Positions 17,290-17,859 of a stretch of DNA of 17,859 bases are shown here, one piece after another. Origin of the DNA: Candidatus Thorarchaeota archaeon (GTDB lineage Archaea > Asgardarchaeota > Thorarchaeia > Thorarchaeales > Thorarchaeaceae); NCBI GenBank assembly GCA_011364985.1, contig RDOC01000015.1, positions 1 to 17,859 of the forward strand, read 5' to 3'. Numbering within the stretch: the stretch's first letter is position 1; each line of letters begins with the position of its first letter. A program made the translations under genes and the position numbers. The notes under the pieces were generated by a model that searched no databases, had not been told where the DNA came from, and saw only the letters and a program-made list of their open reading frames with translations.

Positions 17290-17464
17290 AATCGCTACTC
17301 CTACGAAGATTCAGTTTGCTGATGCACTGCCCGAGACTCGTTCAGGCAAGATCATGCGCAGAATTCTGAAGAAGATTGCTGCAGGCACTGTCGATGACAT
17401 CGGCGACACAAGCATACTGGCTTACCCAGCCGTTGTTGAGGCTCTCGTCAAAGAACGCCTCTAA
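17290..17464 (+). pseudogene. acsA: Displaced 3' fragment of acs (57 codons), direct repeat copy 2
   Basis: [57 protein letters not shown], 50/57 aa identical to the acs C-terminus. Confidence 0.95.
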
Positions 17465-17477
17465 ATAGGTTCAAAGC

Positions 17478-17512
17478 GGACGGATGCAATCCCGTCCTCA
17501 CACTCCCTTTTT
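17478..17512 (+). terminator. Homolog of the acs terminator
   Basis: GGACGG...CCGTCC hairpin 13 nt after stop, same spacing as copy 1, followed by T5. Confidence 0.7.
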
Positions 17513-17554
17513 CCAAGGTCAAAATATTGAAAGCCATATCACCTCTCTCAGTAG

Positions 17555-17719
17555 ATGACTATGCCAGAGTGGGATGATATCTTCGCAAAGCAAGGCCAAG
17601 TATTCACTAAGCCTCATCATTACATGGAAAGCTTGGTCCAATTCTTCAGTTGTTGTACAGATGGGGCGGCTCTGAAAAACCGATACTATTCTCCTCAATC
17701 CCCCTTGTCAAAAGTCTAG
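17555..17719 (+). pseudogene. 5' stub of a probable class I SAM-methyltransferase gene, interrupted near 17648
   Basis: MTMPEWDDIFAKQGQVFTKPHHYMESLVQFF resembles N-termini preceding the LDLGCGxG motif, which is absent; the frame then runs through unrelated sequence to TAG. Confidence 0.45.
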
Positions 17720-17859
17720 TTTCCGACGTGTGGATCGATATACTTCTTGAACTGTATCAAAGCTCCAACTATTACCAATCCAAGGCCAGGAATCATCAAG
17801 GGCAGCGCAGGTGTTACAGGTTCGATATCAATCTCAACGGATGTGTTATTCGCAGATGA
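17716..17859 (-). CDS. 3' end of a membrane protein paralogous to 15803-16306 (runs off right edge)
   Basis: Minus translation SSANNTSVEIDIEPVTPALPLMIPGLGLVIVGALIQFKKYIDPHVGN*; shares D-x3-V-x-P-x6-P-x7-G plus TM helix with 15803-16306. Confidence 0.7.
   Translation of the reverse strand, partial: SSANNTSVEIDIEPVTPALPLMIPGLGLVIVGALIQFKKYIDPHVGN

Larger units (their letters stand above)
13383..17497. mobile_element. Decayed genomic island bounded by duplicated acs 3' ends (attL/attR-like); no integrase visible
   Basis: Flanking direct repeats, lower GC in spot checks (60-nt lines about 37-38% in ABC genes vs about 53-55% in acs), pseudogene cargo. Confidence 0.65.

Noticed and set aside
13383-17464. 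acs repeat as a DGR template/variable repeat pair or as an assembly duplication
   Set aside because: Mismatches are mostly third-codon-position and not adenine-specific, no reverse transcriptase is present, and 16% divergence is too high for a simple assembly duplicate.
17650-17859. Plus-strand 69-aa ORF at the right edge
   Set aside because: Shadow of the better-supported minus-strand membrane-protein end.
1-17859. CRISPR array, rRNA or intact transposase
   Set aside because: None seen.

Overview
Archaeal chromosomal window: Trm1, an intron-containing tRNA with a BHB motif, and TATA-like promoters. An Asgard/Thorarchaeia-like origin is my impression from gene style, not demonstrated. Left part (1-5.2 kb) is housekeeping: partial trm1, a cyclophilin, a divergent K+-independent membrane pyrophosphatase with an adjacent Endo IV-type TIM-barrel gene, and a GT8-like protein. 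The middle has tRNA-Ile(GAU) with a 31-nt intron flanked by decayed DNA, a Cys-rich DUF3795-like gene and a Pol-beta-family nucleotidyltransferase preceded by a perfect 18-bp palindrome. Next is an acetate/acyl-CoA module: a CoA-transferase fused to a Pat-type GNAT, divergent from an OFA-family MFS transporter and acetyl-CoA synthetase (acs). The last 175 bp of acs plus its terminator hairpin recur 3907 bp downstream (about 84% identity by hand count). The two copies bracket a lower-GC island carrying an ABC-2 cassette and a frameshifted NOV_C/DUF3883 nuclease remnant fused in frame to the displaced acs tail. At the right edge a truncated methyltransferase-like start abuts the 3' end of a minus-strand paralog of the cassette's third gene, suggesting a repeatedly hit insertion hotspot.
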